A DNA stretch of 63,760 bases, counting the filler, from Octopus bimaculoides (taxonomy: Eukaryota), in NCBI RefSeq assembly GCF_001194135.2. It is 7 parts of 7 records of this genome, joined end to end, with 100 filler letters (N's around TTAATTAATTAA, not from the genome) between each part and the next. Parts side by side here need not be neighbours in the genome. Positions count along the whole stretch, not along the records: positions 59,740 to 63,760 come from NW_026360663.1; 6 more parts are not named here. One strand, 5' to 3'. Shown here piece after piece: positions 62,701 through 63,760 of the stretch (the stretch's first letter is position 1; each line of letters starts with the position of its first letter). The notes under the pieces were generated by a model, which was given only the letters and a program-made list of their open reading frames with translations, did not search any database and had not been told where the DNA came from. The position numbers and the translations under genes were made by a program.

Positions 62701-63760
62701 GTGCTGCAGAATAGACTCCCGTATTCTATACGTTCGTTGACGCAAAGTGAGGCATAAAAACCTCCCGTATTAAATACGATTGTTGACGCTAGGTGGGGCA
62801 GAAACGACTCCCGTATTAAATGCGATCTTACACACACGGTCCTGTAGAATAGACTCCCGTATTAAATGCGATCGTTGACGCAATGTGCGGCAGTAAAGAC
62901 TCCCGTATTAAAACGATCGTTGACACAATGTGCGGCAGAAGAACCTCCCATATTAAATACGATCGTTGACGCAAGGTGCGGCAGAAAAGACTCCCGTATT
63001 AAATTCAATTTTTGACGCAAGGTGCCGCAGAGTAGACTCCCGTATTAAATACGATCTTTGACGCAAGGAGCCGCAGAGTAGACTCCCGTATTAAATACGA
63101 TCGTTGATGCAAGGTGCGGCAGAAAAACCTCCCGTATTAAATGCGATCTTTGACAAAAGGTGCGTCAGAAATGACTCCCGTATTAAATGCGATGGTTGAC
63201 GCAAGTTGCGGCAGAAAAACCTCCCGTATTAAATGCGATCGTTGTCGTAAGGTGCTGCAGAATAGACTCACGTATTAAATGCGATCGTTGACGCAAGGTG
63301 CGGCAGAAAAACCTCCCGTATTAAATACGATCGTTGACGCAATGTGTAGCAGAAAAACCTCCCGTATTAAATACAATCGTTGACGCAAGGTTGGGCAGAC
63401 ACGACTCCCGTATTAAATACGATCTTACACGCAAGGTGCTGCAAAAAAGACTCCCGAATTAAATGCGATCGTTGACGCAAGTTTCGGCAGTATAGACTCC
63501 CGTATTAAATACGATCGTTGATGCAATGTGCGGCAGAAAAGACTCCCGTAATAAATAAGAACTCACACACAAGGTGCTGCAGAATAGACTCCCGTATGAA
63601 ATGCGATCGTTGACGACAGGTGCGGCAGTAGAGACTCCCGTATTAAATGCGATCGTTGACGCAAGGTGCGGCAAAAAAACTTCCCGAATTATATACGATA
63701 GTTGACGCATTGTATGGCAGAATAACCTCCCGTATTAAATACGATCGTTGACGCAATGTG
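59740..63760. repeat. 46-bp satellite array (consensus CTCCCGTATTAAATACGATCGTTGACGCAAGGTGCGGCAGAATAGA), running off the window end
   Basis: ctccc/ctcac starts at 59772, 59818 and 59864 give a 46-bp period. About 74 sequenced monomers on the two sides of the gap at 61042-61648. Confidence 0.97.

Noticed and set aside
59740-63760. Satellite as a CRISPR array or a repetitive protein gene
   Set aside because: Monomers are contiguous with no unique spacers and there are no cas genes. The 46-bp period is not a multiple of 3 and consensus TAA stops recur, so the 60-90 aa ORFs are incidental.

Overview
Eukaryotic, AT-rich, microsatellite-dense animal genomic DNA. The repeat families and (TA)n/(CA)n density suggest an octopus/cephalopod genome; this is inference, not database-checked. 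The window is stitched from several pieces: six artificial N-TTAATTAATTAA-N spacers (about 7038, 12853, 17408, 37787, 54181, 59684) plus many N gaps, so adjacency across spacers is unproven. Recognisable host genes are (1) the last four coding exons of a CYLD-type deubiquitinase on + (1-6325), (2) two internal exons of a NO VEIN/sacsin-like gene on - (24076-24277, 28882-29063), and (3) an apparently intact tRNA-Thr(UGU) gene on - (41452-41524). Most of the rest is nested transposon material: RTE LINE 3' ends, two tRNA-derived SINE families, a decayed Tx1/L1-type LINE, Helitrons, a Tc1 relic, a Penelope-like relic and MITEs. A CpG-rich 46-bp satellite fills the last 4 kb. Most long ORFs in the supplied track are microsatellite or N artefacts. 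The most interesting leads are a putative type I hammerhead ribozyme in a ~493-bp tandem repeat (19.7-20.6 kb, with more hammerhead-like relics at 10.6 kb and 0.47 kb), a ~375-bp foldback palindrome beside a Penelope-like relic, and the 46-bp satellite.
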